From an uncultured Actinomycetes bacterium (lineage in GTDB: Bacteria; Actinomycetota; UBA4738; HRBIN12): a DNA stretch of 64,000 bases. The DNA lies in assembly GCA_963825685.1 (NCBI GenBank), contig CAWGUD010000041.1:13809-77808 (forward strand), written 5' to 3'. Both the position numbers and the translations under genes were made by a program. Positions 31,480 to 41,917 of the stretch are shown here, piece after piece. The notes under the pieces are model-generated. The model had not been told where the DNA came from. It ran no database searches and saw only the letters and a program-made list of their open reading frames with translations. Every line of letters starts with the position of its first letter. Position 1 is the first letter of the stretch.

Positions 31480-32194
31480 CTACCGGTCGATCACCGCGAC
31501 GTCGACGAGGATCAGCTCCGACGGGCGCCGACGCCACGATCTCGATCGTCGGCTCGTCGGTGATCTGCGCGGCGTCGCCCGTCTCCATGCGCTCGCCGTT
31601 CACCGCGACGTCGCCCTCGATCACGTACAGGTAGACGCCGCGTCCCGCCGGCAGCTCGTGAGTGACCGTCGCCGCCGGCGTCAACCGCGACACGAACACG
31701 TGCGCGTCCTGGTGCACGAGCACGGCATCGCCGCCGTCGCCGGAGATCACGCGCAGCAGCGTGTCGGTGCGGTCCTCCGGCGTGAAGACCTTCTGCTCGA
31801 CGCCGGGCTCGAGGCCCTGTTCCCGCGGCATGATCCAGATCTGGATGAACCGCATCGGGTCGGTCTCGCTCGCGTTCTGCTCGGAGTGCCACGCGCCGCG
31901 GCCGAGCGTCATGCGCTGCACCGAGCCGGCGGGCAGCGGGCCGGGCGCGCCGCCGACGTCGTCCTGGTGGCGGAACGAGCCCTCGACGACGTAGGTCAGG
32001 CCCTCGATGTCGCGGTGCGGGTGCATCGGCCAGATCGCGCCGGGCACGAGCCGGTCGTCGTTGAACACGCGCATCGACCCGAACGAGACGTAGTCGGGGT
32101 CGCGGTAGGAGTCGAACGAGAAGTGCCAGCGCGCGCGGAACCAGTCGCCGTCGACGTCGCTGATCTCGTCGTCGCGCCGGATCGCGATCGTCAC
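31480..32194 (-). CDS. Pirin family protein (frameshift near the C-terminus)
   Basis: HFSF..Y, RVFNDD, HPHRDIE, HSEQN, FIQIWI. Confidence 0.92.
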
Positions 32195-32196
32195 GA

Positions 32197-32460
32197 CTAC
32201 AGCAGCAGCACCGGGCAGGTGAGCGTGCGCGTGATGCCCTCGAGCTCCTGCATCGGCATGACGGTCGCCTTCGCGAGCTGGTCGAGGTCGGCGGCTTCCG
32301 CACGGGCGACCACGTCGTAGGGCCCGGTCACCGGGTCGACCTGCACGACGCCGTCGATCGCTCGGATCTGCTCGGTCACCTGGCCGGCCTTGCCGACCTC
32401 GGTCTGGATCAGGATGTACGCGTTGACCACGACGCCCCCCTTATCCCTCGGCCCCGCCAT
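32197..32460 (-). CDS. Lrp/AsnC ligand-binding domain protein
   Basis: AYILIQTEVGK, VTGPYDVV, ITRTLTCPV. Confidence 0.88.
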   Translation of the reverse strand: MAGPRDKGGVVVNAYILIQTEVGKAGQVTEQIRAIDGVVQVDPVTGPYDVVARAEAADLDQLAKATVMPMQELEGITRTLTCPVLLL

Positions 32461-32821
32461 CGGTGGCGCCGTCGTCGGCGGCGCCGCCCGCGTCCTTCTT
32501 GCTGTCGAGCATGCCCTTCGCCTTGTCGAGCAGGTCGCCGCTGGCTCCGACCGCCTTGTCGACGACCGGCTGCACCTTCACGACCAGGTCGCCGGCGGCC
32601 GCGCGGGCCTTGTCGAGCACCGGGTCGGCCTTCGACGAGAGGTCGCCCGTCGCGTCCTTCGCCTTGCCGACGACCGGCTGCGCCTTCTCGACCAGGCCGC
32701 CGGCGGTCTCCGCCGCCTTGCCCGCGAGCGTGCTCGCCGTGCCGGCCGCCTTGCCGGCGAGATCGCCGGCCGTGCCCTTCGCCTTGTCGACGATGCCCTT
32801 GTCCTTCTGAGCCTCACCCAT
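32441..32821 (-). CDS. Ala/Lys/Asp-rich repetitive helical protein (LEA/apolipoprotein-like)
   Basis: GAGGA RBS; 126 aa with roughly 18-aa repeats V-x-(D/G)-K-A...G-D-L..K. Confidence 0.7.
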   Translation of the reverse strand: MGEAQKDKGIVDKAKGTAGDLAGKAAGTASTLAGKAAETAGGLVEKAQPVVGKAKDATGDLSSKADPVLDKARAAAGDLVVKVQPVVDKAVGASGDLLDKAKGMLDSKKDAGGAADDGATDGGAEG

Positions 32822-32889
32822 CGGTCCTCCTCGATCGCGCCCTGGCCCTTCATCGTCCCGGCGGCGGCGTCCAGCTGCAAACGCGCAGG

Positions 32890-33788
32890 TCAGGACGCTG
32901 GTCGGCCCGGCCGGCCGAGCACCGCCAGTCGTGCACGGAAGCCCGCGAGCCCCGCGTCCACGAACTCCGCGACGCTCGACCTGCAGGCCGTGGTCGAGGT
33001 CGTGCAGGGGCATCAGCACGTAGGAGAGCCGGGCCCGCGTCGCGAAGCCCGGGTCGGGGGCGCCCCCGTAGGCGGCCAACGCGCGCTCCCCGACGGCGGG
33101 CATCTCGTGCACCCACCAGGCGAAGTCCCACGCCGGATCGCCGATGCCGACCTCTTCCCAGTCGAGCACCCCCGAGAGGTCGCCCGAGGCCGACACGAGC
33201 ACGTGCTCGGGACCGAGGTCGCCGTGGGTCACGCACGGGGCGAACCGCCATGCGGCGTCGTCGTCCAGCACGCGCGTCGATCGCCGTCGACGCGGCGTCG
33301 AGCTCGTGCGCCTGCAGGTGCCCCGCGGCGAGATCGCGCAGGCGCGCCCACTCGGCCCGCACCCCCTCGCGGACCGTGTCGGCGGTCGCCGACCGCATGC
33401 CGAGGAACTCCGGCGGCACCATGTGCAGGTCGTACAGGAAGCGCCCGAGCCGCTCGGGCCACAGGCCGTCGTCGCCGACCGTGTCGCACGGGTCGCCGGG
33501 CAGCGCGCGATACGCCATGCACACGGGCTCTCGCGAGACGAGCTCGGGCATCGGCACCGCCGCCGAGACCTCGGCGGCGAGCTCCGGCAGCACCTCGATC
33601 TGGCGGAGCAGCCGTTCCCGCGCGTACGGCGTGCGAGGGAGCTGCACGATCCACTCGCGATCGACGCGGTACGTGTCGCACGTCCACCCGCCGACGATCG
33701 GTTCGAACTCGTCGAGCGCGAGCTGCGGGAACAGAGCGGCCACGAGATCGCGGTGCGCCGCGACCGTGCGCGCCTCCGATCCGCTCAC
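32890..33788 (-). CDS. Aminoglycoside phosphotransferase (APH)-like kinase (frameshifts near 33270 and 32975)
   Basis: GGWTCDTY, HGDLGPEH, GVLDWEE..IGDPAWD. Confidence 0.8.
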
Positions 33789-33792
33789 GACC

Positions 33793-35041
33793 TCACCCCA
33801 GCGGCTCCGGCGGCGCGATCGAGGGATCGGCGGGCACGTCGTCGGCCTCGGTGAGCGGACGGTCGAGCTCGGGGCCGCGCAGCGCGAACCAGGCCACGAC
33901 ACCACCGGCGAGCGCGAGCGCCGACGCGCCCGCGTACAGGGTCATCGGCCCCGCGGTCTCGTAGACGAACCCGCCGAGGCCGGCGCCCGAGGATCGGGCC
34001 GAGGCCGAAGCCGACCATCTGGGCGACCGAGTTCCCGGTCGAGTACAGCGACGAGGGCAGCAGGCGGCCGACCACGACGACGCCGGTCGTGAACAGCATG
34101 CTGAACGCGATGCCCTCGAGCACGGTGAGCAACGACACGATCGTGGGGTTCGAGATCGACCCCCAGAGCAGGAACCCGAGCGCGTAGACGGCACAGCCCA
34201 GCACGTACACGCGACGCAGCCCGAGCCGGGCCTGCAGACGCGAGCTCGAGCGCATCATCGGCACCTCGATCAGCCCGCCGACGGCGGTCCCGATGCCGAT
34301 CAGCAGCGGGCCGCCGCCCTCGCTCGCGATCTTGAGCCCGACGAAGTTCCACGCGGCGTTGAACCCCGTCCACACGAGGAACAGCGCGGCCAGGAACCCC
34401 CAGAAGCGGGGCGCGTGATGGAACACCGCCCCCACCGTGCCGAGGCGGCTTCCCCCGGTCGCGGCCTCGTGACGGGGGATGTCGCGCGGCACCGTGAACG
34501 ACCAGGCGAACACGAGCACGCTCGCGAGCGCGTAGATCGGCATCGCCCACTCGATGCCCGCGGTCTGGAAGAGCCAGCCGAGGGTGAGGCACCCGATCGC
34601 GTAGGTGAAGCTCTCCCACGAGCGGATCTTGCCGTAGTCGCTCATGCGCTCGGCCCCGAGGTGCTCGAGCGTGATCGCGTCGATGTTGGGCCCGGTGCTC
34701 ACCATCGCGCCCGCGAGGAAGAACCCGGCGACCGCGATCGCGACCATGCCGTCGACGCCGGCCAGCACGAGGCCGAACACCGCCGAGAGGAACGCCCCGA
34801 TCTGCAGCGACGTGCGACGCCCGAGGGTCGCGTCGGCGAGGTGACCCCAGAGCGGGTTCAGCACGACGCGCGCGACGGCCATCGCGGCGATCACGAGACC
34901 GATGCCGCTCTCCGTGAGCCCCTTGTCGTCGAGGTAGAGCGCGAGGAACGGGAAGAACGCCGCGATCACGAACCCGAACGTCAGGAAGAGCCCGCGCACG
35001 GCGGCGTCGGGGCGGATCTCTCGGGCGCGTTGACCGACCAC
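33793..35041 (-). CDS. MFS transporter (frameshift near 33985)
   Basis: About 12 TMs; PFLALYL, WGHLAD, YGKIRSW, EVPMM. Confidence 0.88.
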
Positions 35042-35095
35042 GTGAAGTGACCTCTGCGGACGTTGGGACGGCGATTCCGGACCGGGACAGTATGC

Positions 35096-36034
35096 CTACG
35101 CCTGTCGCACCTCGGCCTGGGCCGCGAGCGCGGTCGCGCGGGCCGGCTCGAGCATCCCGGCGCCCGGCAGCTCGGCGTTCGCCGTGGCCGCCCCGAGGCC
35201 GAGCCGCAGGGCGGCGTCCCAGCCGTCGCCCCGATCGAGCGCCGTCACGAGCCCGGCGAGGAAGGCGTCGCCGCTGCCGACCGGGTAGCGCCCGCGCACG
35301 TAGAGGCGTCCCTCGAACAGGGTGCCGTCGGGCGCGGCGAGCACGACGCCCTCGGCGCCGCGGGTCACGACCCCGGCGTGGCCGTCACCGCCGGCGAGGT
35401 CGCGCAGCTTCGCCGCCGCTGCGAGCGCATCGTCGCGACGCGACGTCGGCACCCCGAGCAGTCCTCTCGCCTCCAGGGCGTTGACCTTCACGACGTCGGG
35501 CTGGGCCTCGAGCCCGAGCCGCAGGCGGTCTCCCTCGGCGTCGAGCGCGACCCGCACGCCCTCCACCCGCCCGTCGCGGACGAGATCGCGGTAGCCCTGG
35601 TCGGGAGCGCCGACGGGGGTCGAGCCGCTGATCGTGAGCCACCCCCCCGGCGCCCAGGTCGACTCGACCGCGTGCAGCAGCTCCGCCCAGGCCGCCGACG
35701 GCACGTCGGCGCCGTGCTCGTAGAACTCGGTCAGCCCGCCCGTCTCCCGGTCGGCGACCGAGAGCGACGAGCGGTTCTCGCCGTGGGTCCACACGGCGCG
35801 GACGGGCACGCCCTCGACGCCGAGCATCTCCTCGATCCACTTGCCCGTGTGACCTCGGAGCAGCGCGACCGCGACGACCTTCGCCCCGAGCGCGGAGGCC
35901 GCTCGAGCGGCGTTGAGCCCCTTGCCGCCGGGGACCTGCACGAACCCCTCGGGCCGGTGGATGTCGCCGCGCACGAGCCGCTGGATCTCGAAGAGCTTGT
36001 CGACCGACGGGTTCGCGGCGAGGCAGACGATCAC
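35096..36034 (-). CDS. 1-phosphofructokinase/tagatose-6-phosphate kinase family (PfkB)
   Basis: [33 protein letters not shown]. Confidence 0.88.
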   Translation of the reverse strand: MIVCLAANPSVDKLFEIQRLVRGDIHRPEGFVQVPGGKGLNAARAASALGAKVVAVALLRGHTGKWIEEMLGVEGVPVRAVWTHGENRSSLSVADRETGGLTEFYEHGADVPSAAWAELLHAVESTWAPGGWLTISGSTPVGAPDQGYRDLVRDGRVEGVRVALDAEGDRLRLGLEAQPDVVKVNALEARGLLGVPTSRRDDALAAAAKLRDLAGGDGHAGVVTRGAEGVVLAAPDGTLFEGRLYVRGRYPVGSGDAFLAGLVTALDRGDGWDAALRLGLGAATANAELPGAGMLEPARATALAAQAEVRQA

Positions 36035-36969
36035 GCGGGGCTCCCGGCCGAGATCGCGCCGAGCGCCTCCTGCATCGTCGGCTGCCCGTCGACGCCCCCG
36101 GCCGCCCGGGTCGAGAGCGCCCCGCACGCGTTCGCGACCGCGAGGCACCGCTCGAGGGGCTCACCGCCGAGCATCGCCGCGACGAAGCCGGCGTCGAACG
36201 AGTCGCCCGGCCCCCGTCGTGTCGACGGTCTCGACCGGCACCGCGGCCACCTCGACGCGCTCGCCGGGACCGGCGGCGATCGCGCCGCGCGCGCCCGCCT
36301 TCACCACGACGAGCGGCCCGCGAGAACGGAGCGTGGCGATCGCCGCCTCGAGGTCGGACGTGTGCGCGAGGCGGGCCGCCTCGATCTCGTTCGGCAGCAG
36401 CACGTCGACCGAGGGCAGCAGGGCGTCGAGCCCGCCGTTCCATGCGCCGCTCGGGTCCCAGTTCGGGTCGACCGACGTGGTCGCGCCGCGCCCGCGCGCG
36501 TCGGCGAACAGTCGCGGCAGGTCCTGCGCGAGGCCCGGCTGCAGGAAGTAGGAGCTCACGTGCACATGGCGCGCCGATGCCAGCAGGCCGGCGTCGATCG
36601 ACGCCGCCCGCAGGTCGCCGATCGTGCCGGGCGCCGTGAGGATCGCCCGGTCGCCGGGGCGCGAGAGCACGACCGTGACCCCGGTCGGCCGCTGCGGATC
36701 GACGGCGAGCCCCGAGACGTCGACGCCGCGGGCGACGAGCTGCTCACGCATGTACGCGCCGAAGAGGTCGTCGCCGACGACGCCCACGAACGCCACGCGC
36801 AGGCCGAGCCGGGCGGCGGCGCACGCCATGATCGCGCCCGAGCCCCCGACGGTGAGCCGCGCGTCGTCGACCAGGCGCTCCGCCTGCCCGAACGCCGGCG
36901 TGACGTCGTCGCCCCGCATCACGAGATCGGGGTTGGCGTCGCCGAGCACCGCAGCAGGTCGAGGTCCAC
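36031..36969 (-). CDS. PfkB family carbohydrate kinase (frameshifts near 36950 and 36210)
   Basis: GDANPDL, GGSGAI, VGDDLFG, PNEIE, DTTGAG(DSF). Confidence 0.85.
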
Positions 36970-37042
36970 GACGTGAGACTACCGACGGCACCCGGCCCGC
37001 GCGTCGGGCGATGGTCTCGAACCTCCGCCGGCGCTCCGTACG

Positions 37043-37584
37043 ATGGACGACGTGACGACCCTCATCGAGCTCGTGCACGGCGACATCACCGCGCAGTCGG
37101 TCGACGCGATCGTGAACGCGGCGAACACGGCGCTGCGCCCGGGTGGCGGCGTCGACGGCGCGATCACGCGAGCGGCAGGTCCCGAGGCGCTCGCCGACCG
37201 CGAGCGGGTGATCCGCGAGCGCGGGCCGACCCCGCTGCCCACGGGCGAGGCCGTCGCGACGATCGCCGGCGACCTCGACGCCCGATGGATCATCCACACG
37301 GCGGGCCCGGTCTACTCGGGCTCGGCGCGCGACGCCGAGCTGCTCGCGAGCTGTCACCGCTCGGTCCTGCGCGTGGCCGACGGGCTCGGCGCCCGCTCGG
37401 TCGCGTTCCCGGCGATCTCGACCGGCATCTACGGCTACCCCGTCGACGGGCGGCCCCGGTCGCGATCGCCACCGTCATGGACGCCGTGACCGCGGTCGAG
37501 CAGGTCCGGTTCGTGCTCTTCTCCGAGCGCGACCTCGGCGTCTTCCGCGACGCGCTCGCGAGCCCCGGGGAGCGGTCCGGATGA
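37043..37584 (+). CDS. Macro domain O-acetyl-ADP-ribose deacetylase (frameshift near 37450)
   Basis: [35 protein letters not shown]. Confidence 0.92.
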
Positions 37585-37616
37585 AGTCCACCTCGCTGGT
37601 AGCATTTGCACCTGCA

Positions 37617-37968
37617 ATGAGCGACCAGACCACGAACGAGGCCCTCACCGACGTCCGCACGGTCCACGACCGGCTGGCGGAGATCCAGCTCGTCGACTGC
37701 CGGGAGCTGTACGAGTGGGAGGCGGGCCGCATCGACGGCGCCGTGTACCTGCCCCTGAACTCGATCATGGCGGGCGCGGGCTCCGACCTCGACACGTGAG
37801 ACGCCGATCGCCGTGATCTGCCGCAGCGGCAACCGCAGCGAGCTCGCCACGATGATGCTGCAGGCCCGGGGCTTCGAGGCCTACAACGTCGAGGGCGGCA
37901 TGGAGGCCTGGGCCGCCGAGGGCCTGCCGTTCAGCGCCGGCGACGGTTCCCCCGGCCGCGTCGCCTGA
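37617..37968 (+). CDS. Rhodanese-like domain protein (frameshift near 37795)
   Basis: DCRELYEW..GRIDGA, then VICRSGNRS..NVEGGMEAW. Confidence 0.85.
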
Positions 37969-37972
37969 TCGC

Positions 37973-38410
37973 TCAGCCCTTCCACCGCCTGTACACGGGC
38001 GAGCCGCCGCCGGGGTACGTCGTGCCGACCGCCTCCTCGACCGAGCAGGCGTAGATCGCGAGCTCGTACTCGGCCTCGTAGGGCACCGCGACCGCGCCCG
38101 GATGGTCCGGCGAGACCTGCTCCATCCACCCGCGCACGAGGAACTCGCCGCCCTCGCCCTCGTGGTTCTCGGGGTCGATCGCCGAGTGCATCGCGTAGCG
38201 CCCGTCGAGCGCGACCTCCTCGTTCTTCGGGCTGCGTGCCCGGAAGCCGACGAGCAGCAGGCCGGCGCCGAACCACGGCGAGACCGGGTGCAGGCGGGGC
38301 GCGCCGTCACGGCGCAGCGTCGCGTGGAAGACGACCCTCCCCTCGAACCGCTCGCGCCCGAACGCCGCGAGCTCCGGGTCGCCGACCTCGAGCTCCGCCC
38401 ATGCACCCAT
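37973..38410 (-). CDS. Pyridoxamine 5'-phosphate oxidase-like split-barrel protein
   Basis: ATLRRDGAPRLHPV..SPK..DGRYAMH. Confidence 0.78.
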   Translation of the reverse strand: MGAWAELEVGDPELAAFGRERFEGRVVFHATLRRDGAPRLHPVSPWFGAGLLLVGFRARSPKNEEVALDGRYAMHSAIDPENHEGEGGEFLVRGWMEQVSPDHPGAVAVPYEAEYELAIYACSVEEAVGTTYPGGGSPVYRRWKG

Positions 38411-38432
38411 GGTCGAACGGTAGCCTGCGGTC

Positions 38433-39902
38433 ATGGCCGACGTCGACGCCGCCCGCCGCGAGCTGGAAGCCGCGCTCGGCCCCGAGGCGGTGCTCTCCGA
38501 TCCCCTCGCCCGGCGCCTGTACGCCCGCGACGCGTCGATGGTCGAGGGCGGATGCGCGCTCGTCGCGTTGCCGACGACGCCCGAGCAGGTGCAGGCGTGC
38601 GTGCGAGCGGCCGCCACCCACGGGCTGCCGATCGTGCCCCGGGGAAGCGGCACCGGCCTCGCGGGCGCCGCCACGCCGATCGGCGACTCCCTCGTGGTCA
38701 CGACCGCGCGCATGACCGGCATCCTCGAGGTCCGCCCCGAGGACCGCCTCGCGTGGGTCGAGCCGGGCGTGCCGAACCTCGATCTCGCGAACCATCTGCG
38801 GGCGATGGGCTGGAGCTACGCGCCCGACCCGTCGAGCCAGCAGACGTCGTCGATCGGCGGGAACGTGAACACGAACGCGGGTGGCCCGCACTGCCTCGCG
38901 TACGGCGTCACGAGCGCGCACGTGCTCGCGCTCGACGTCGTGATGGCCGACGGGTCGATCGAGCGCCTCGGCGCCGAGGGACCGGAGGCCGCCGGGTACG
39001 ACCTGCGCGGCGTGGTCGTGGGGAGCGAGGGCACCCTCGGCCTCGTGACCCGGGTGTGCGTGCGCATCCTGCCGGCGCCCCCCGCCGTGCGGACGATGCT
39101 GTTCGGCTTCGACACGGTCGAGGCGTGCGCCGCCACCGTCTCGGCGATCATCGCCCGCGGGGTCGTGCCGGCGGCGGTGGAGATGATGGACCAGGGCATC
39201 GTGCGCGCGGTCGAGACGTTCGCCCACGCCGGCTACCCGGTCGACGCGGCCGCCGTGCTGCTGGTCGAGGTCGACGGCACCGCGGCGGGCGTGGCGGCAC
39301 AGACGCACGAGGTGGAGGCGTCGGCCGACGCGAACGGGGCGTCGAGCGTGCGGGTCGCGAGCGACGAGACCGAGCGGGCGCTGCTGTGGAAGGGTCGCAA
39401 GTCCGCGTTCGGCGCGATCGCCCAGATCGCCCCCCACTACCACCTGCACGACTGCGTGGTGCCGCGCACGAAGCTCGTCGAGGTGATGCGCGGCGTCTAC
39501 GCGATCGCCGAGCGCCACGGGCTGATCGTCACGAACGTCTTCCATGCCGGCGACGGCAACCTGCACCCCCTCTTCTCGTTCGACCGGTCGGTGCCCGGCA
39601 CGCTCGAGCGGGTGCTGCAGGCGAGCGACGAGGTCGTGCGGCTCTGCGTGGACGCCGGCGGGGCGCTCAGCGGCGAGCACGGCATCGGGCTCGAGAAGCG
39701 CGACTTCATGCCGCTCGTGTTCAGTGCCGAGGACCTCGCCTCCCAGGCCTGCGTGCGAGCGGCGTTCGATCCCGACGGGCGCATGAACCCGCGCAAGGTG
39801 CTCCCCGACGGCGCGCGGTGCGGCGAGTTCGCGCTGGCCGCGGCCGGATCGGGAGATGCGGCGTCCGACGCGGCCGACCTGCCGGAGGGCTCGTGGATCT
39901 GA
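38433..39902 (+). CDS. glcD: Glycolate oxidase-type FAD subunit
   Basis: PRGSGTGL.G, PDPSS...SIGGNV, GSEGTLG, HAGDGNLHP, GEHGIG. Confidence 0.88.
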   Translation: MADVDAARRELEAALGPEAVLSDPLARRLYARDASMVEGGCALVALPTTPEQVQACVRAAATHGLPIVPRGSGTGLAGAATPIGDSLVVTTARMTGILEVRPEDRLAWVEPGVPNLDLANHLRAMGWSYAPDPSSQQTSSIGGNVNTNAGGPHCLAYGVTSAHVLALDVVMADGSIERLGAEGPEAAGYDLRGVVVGSEGTLGLVTRVCVRILPAPPAVRTMLFGFDTVEACAATVSAIIARGVVPAAVEMMDQGIVRAVETFAHAGYPVDAAAVLLVEVDGTAAGVAAQTHEVEASADANGASSVRVASDETERALLWKGRKSAFGAIAQIAPHYHLHDCVVPRTKLVEVMRGVYAIAERHGLIVTNVFHAGDGNLHPLFSFDRSVPGTLERVLQASDEVVRLCVDAGGALSGEHGIGLEKRDFMPLVFSAEDLASQACVRAAFDPDGRMNPRKVLPDGARCGEFALAAAGSGDAASDAADLPEGSWI

Positions 39903-40939
39903 TCCATCCGCGCACCGTGGCCGACGTGGCCGAGGCGCTCGGCACCGCGTCGCGGGACGGCATCAGGGTGCTGGTCGTCGGCGGGCGTCGCCACCTCGAC
40001 AAGGGGAACCCCACCGAGGTCGACGTGGAGATGTGGACCACCCAGCTCGACCAGGTGGTGGCCTACGAGCCGGACGAGATGCTCGTCGTCGTCCAGGCGG
40101 GCATGCGGTGCGGAACCCTCGCGGAGATGCTCGCCGAGCACGGGCAGGAGTGGCCGGCCGACGCCCCGGCCGACGCGACGGTCGGCGGCGTGATCGCGTC
40201 GGGCTCGACGTCGGCGCGGCGCCTGCGCGTCGGCGCGCTGCGCGACACCGTCGTCGAGATGGAGCTCGTCACCGGCGACGGGCGCACCGTGCACAGCGGC
40301 GCCCGCACCGTGAAGAACGTGACCGGCTACGACCTGCACCGCCTGATGACCGGCTCGCTGGGCACCCTGGGCGTGATCACGCAGGTCGCCCTGAAGCTGC
40401 GGCCGCTGCCCGAGCGCCGGCGCACGCTGGTCGCCCCGGGCGACCTCGCGCTCGCGAGGACGATCGCGGCCGAGGTGCCGCTCGTCGCAGGGGTGCTGGG
40501 CACGCAGGACGGCCTGGAGGTGCGGCTCGAGGGCTGGTCGGACGAGATCGAGGAGCTCGCGGCGGCGGTCGTGAGGCTCGCCGGCGACGCGGTCCCGTCG
40601 GACGACGAGGCGACCTTCCCCCGGACCCCGTGGTGGACGTGGCCCGACCGCGGCACGGTCCTCGAGGCCGCCGTCGTGCCCTCGTCGCTTCCAGAGATAC
40701 TTGCGGAGTCAACGATCTACGCCGCGCTCGCGGGCGTCGGCATCGCGTGGGTCGGGGCGGCGGATGCCGACGAGATCGCGGCGGTGCGCCGGCGCGTCGA
40801 GACGATCGGGGGCATCGCACCGGCGGTCCGCGGCCCCGGAGGCCTGGGCGGCACGCTCCCAGTCCCCGCCGTGCACCACCGTCTGAAGGCCTCGTTCGAC
40901 CCCGCGAACGTGCTGGCCCCCGGTCGCATCTGGACGTGA
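39893..40939 (+). CDS. glcE: Glycolate oxidase-type FAD-binding subunit
   Basis: ATVGG, VKNVTGYDL, GSLGTLG, LKASFDP; overlaps glcD. Confidence 0.82.
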   Translation: MDLIHPRTVADVAEALGTASRDGIRVLVVGGRRHLDKGNPTEVDVEMWTTQLDQVVAYEPDEMLVVVQAGMRCGTLAEMLAEHGQEWPADAPADATVGGVIASGSTSARRLRVGALRDTVVEMELVTGDGRTVHSGARTVKNVTGYDLHRLMTGSLGTLGVITQVALKLRPLPERRRTLVAPGDLALARTIAAEVPLVAGVLGTQDGLEVRLEGWSDEIEELAAAVVRLAGDAVPSDDEATFPRTPWWTWPDRGTVLEAAVVPSSLPEILAESTIYAALAGVGIAWVGAADADEIAAVRRRVETIGGIAPAVRGPGGLGGTLPVPAVHHRLKASFDPANVLAPGRIWT

Positions 40940-40996
40940 GGCCCAGGCGCACCTGCTACAACCTCCTCAGGAGCTGAAGCGGAGGGGAACGAGAGC

Positions 40997-41716
40997 GTGG
41001 GTCGTTTCAAGAACGTCGAATGGGAAGCCGTCGCTGGGGTGGCTGCCGCGGTGCTCGCCCTGGTCCTGCATCTCCTGCACGTCGTCGACGAGGGCGTGCT
41101 GCTCTCGGTGATGTTGGTGCTCCTCGCGTTGCTCCTGCTGCGTGGGGTACGGGGAGAGAGCCGGGAGCAACGGGTAGACGACACCCTGCGGACGGTGGCG
41201 ACCGATCTCGCGACGGTGCGCGCCACCCTGACCCCGCCCGACGCGATCCTCGTGGGCCCCCGATCGCTGCGCACCGAGAGCGAGCGGTTCGCGAAGGGGG
41301 CTCGCGGAGACATGACCTGGTTCAACGTCTGCCTGCGGATGTTCGCGCCACAGTCGTTGTTCGACGCGATGCTGCGTCCCGCGATCGAGAATCCCGAGGT
41401 GCGACGGATCCGATTCGTCCTCGACGAGCGCGAGCGCGAGGCCTGGTCCACGCAGGTCCTCCCGAAGATCCAGGCCTGCACGGGGGCCGAGAAGGTCGAC
41501 GAACCGGTGTGGCGTTCCCTGCCCGAGACCGTCTCGTTCATCCTGGCCGGCACGGCCGACGGGTCGACCGAGGCGCACCTGAGCTTCTGGGGTGAGCCGT
41601 TCATGTCGCACTCCACGGGTCACGACATCCCTCGGTACGTCTTCCACGTGCAGGGCCATTCCGAGCTGATCGGCCGTCTCTCCGACGTCGAGCGAGACAC
41701 CGCCGCCGGCGCCTGA
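40997..41716 (+). CDS. Hypothetical protein with 2 N-terminal TMs and a soluble domain
   Basis: GGAGG RBS region; clean 239-aa ORF; no family recognised. Confidence 0.7.
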   Translation: MGRFKNVEWEAVAGVAAAVLALVLHLLHVVDEGVLLSVMLVLLALLLLRGVRGESREQRVDDTLRTVATDLATVRATLTPPDAILVGPRSLRTESERFAKGARGDMTWFNVCLRMFAPQSLFDAMLRPAIENPEVRRIRFVLDEREREAWSTQVLPKIQACTGAEKVDEPVWRSLPETVSFILAGTADGSTEAHLSFWGEPFMSHSTGHDIPRYVFHVQGHSELIGRLSDVERDTAAGA

Positions 41717-41752
41717 CTCGCCCCGAACGGCCGACGTCAGGCATCACATCCC

Positions 41753-41861
41753 AACGGACCGATATGGCCCATTGGTCCCGTCCGAACCGGGACCTCCGGC
41801 AGCACATCGTGCCCCCGAGGAGCGCTACGGTCGCCCCATCAACGGAGTGAACTAGTCCGTT
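41753..41861. promoter_or_regulatory. Two copies of a 21-bp imperfect palindrome (AACGGA-N9-YCCRTT), candidate operator
   Basis: 41753-41773 AACGGACCGATATGGCCCATT and 41841-41861 AACGGAGTGAACTAGTCCGTT upstream of nosZ. Confidence 0.55.
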
Positions 41862-41917
41862 ACCACTCCGTGAGAGGCCGGGCGGATGAGACCCGGCCCG
41901 GAGCAAGGGGGTTCGCG

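Noticed and set aside
38102-40939. 945-aa ORF as a large fusion protein
   Set aside because: Only the last about 348 aa (glcE) are real; the rest overlaps glcD in another frame.
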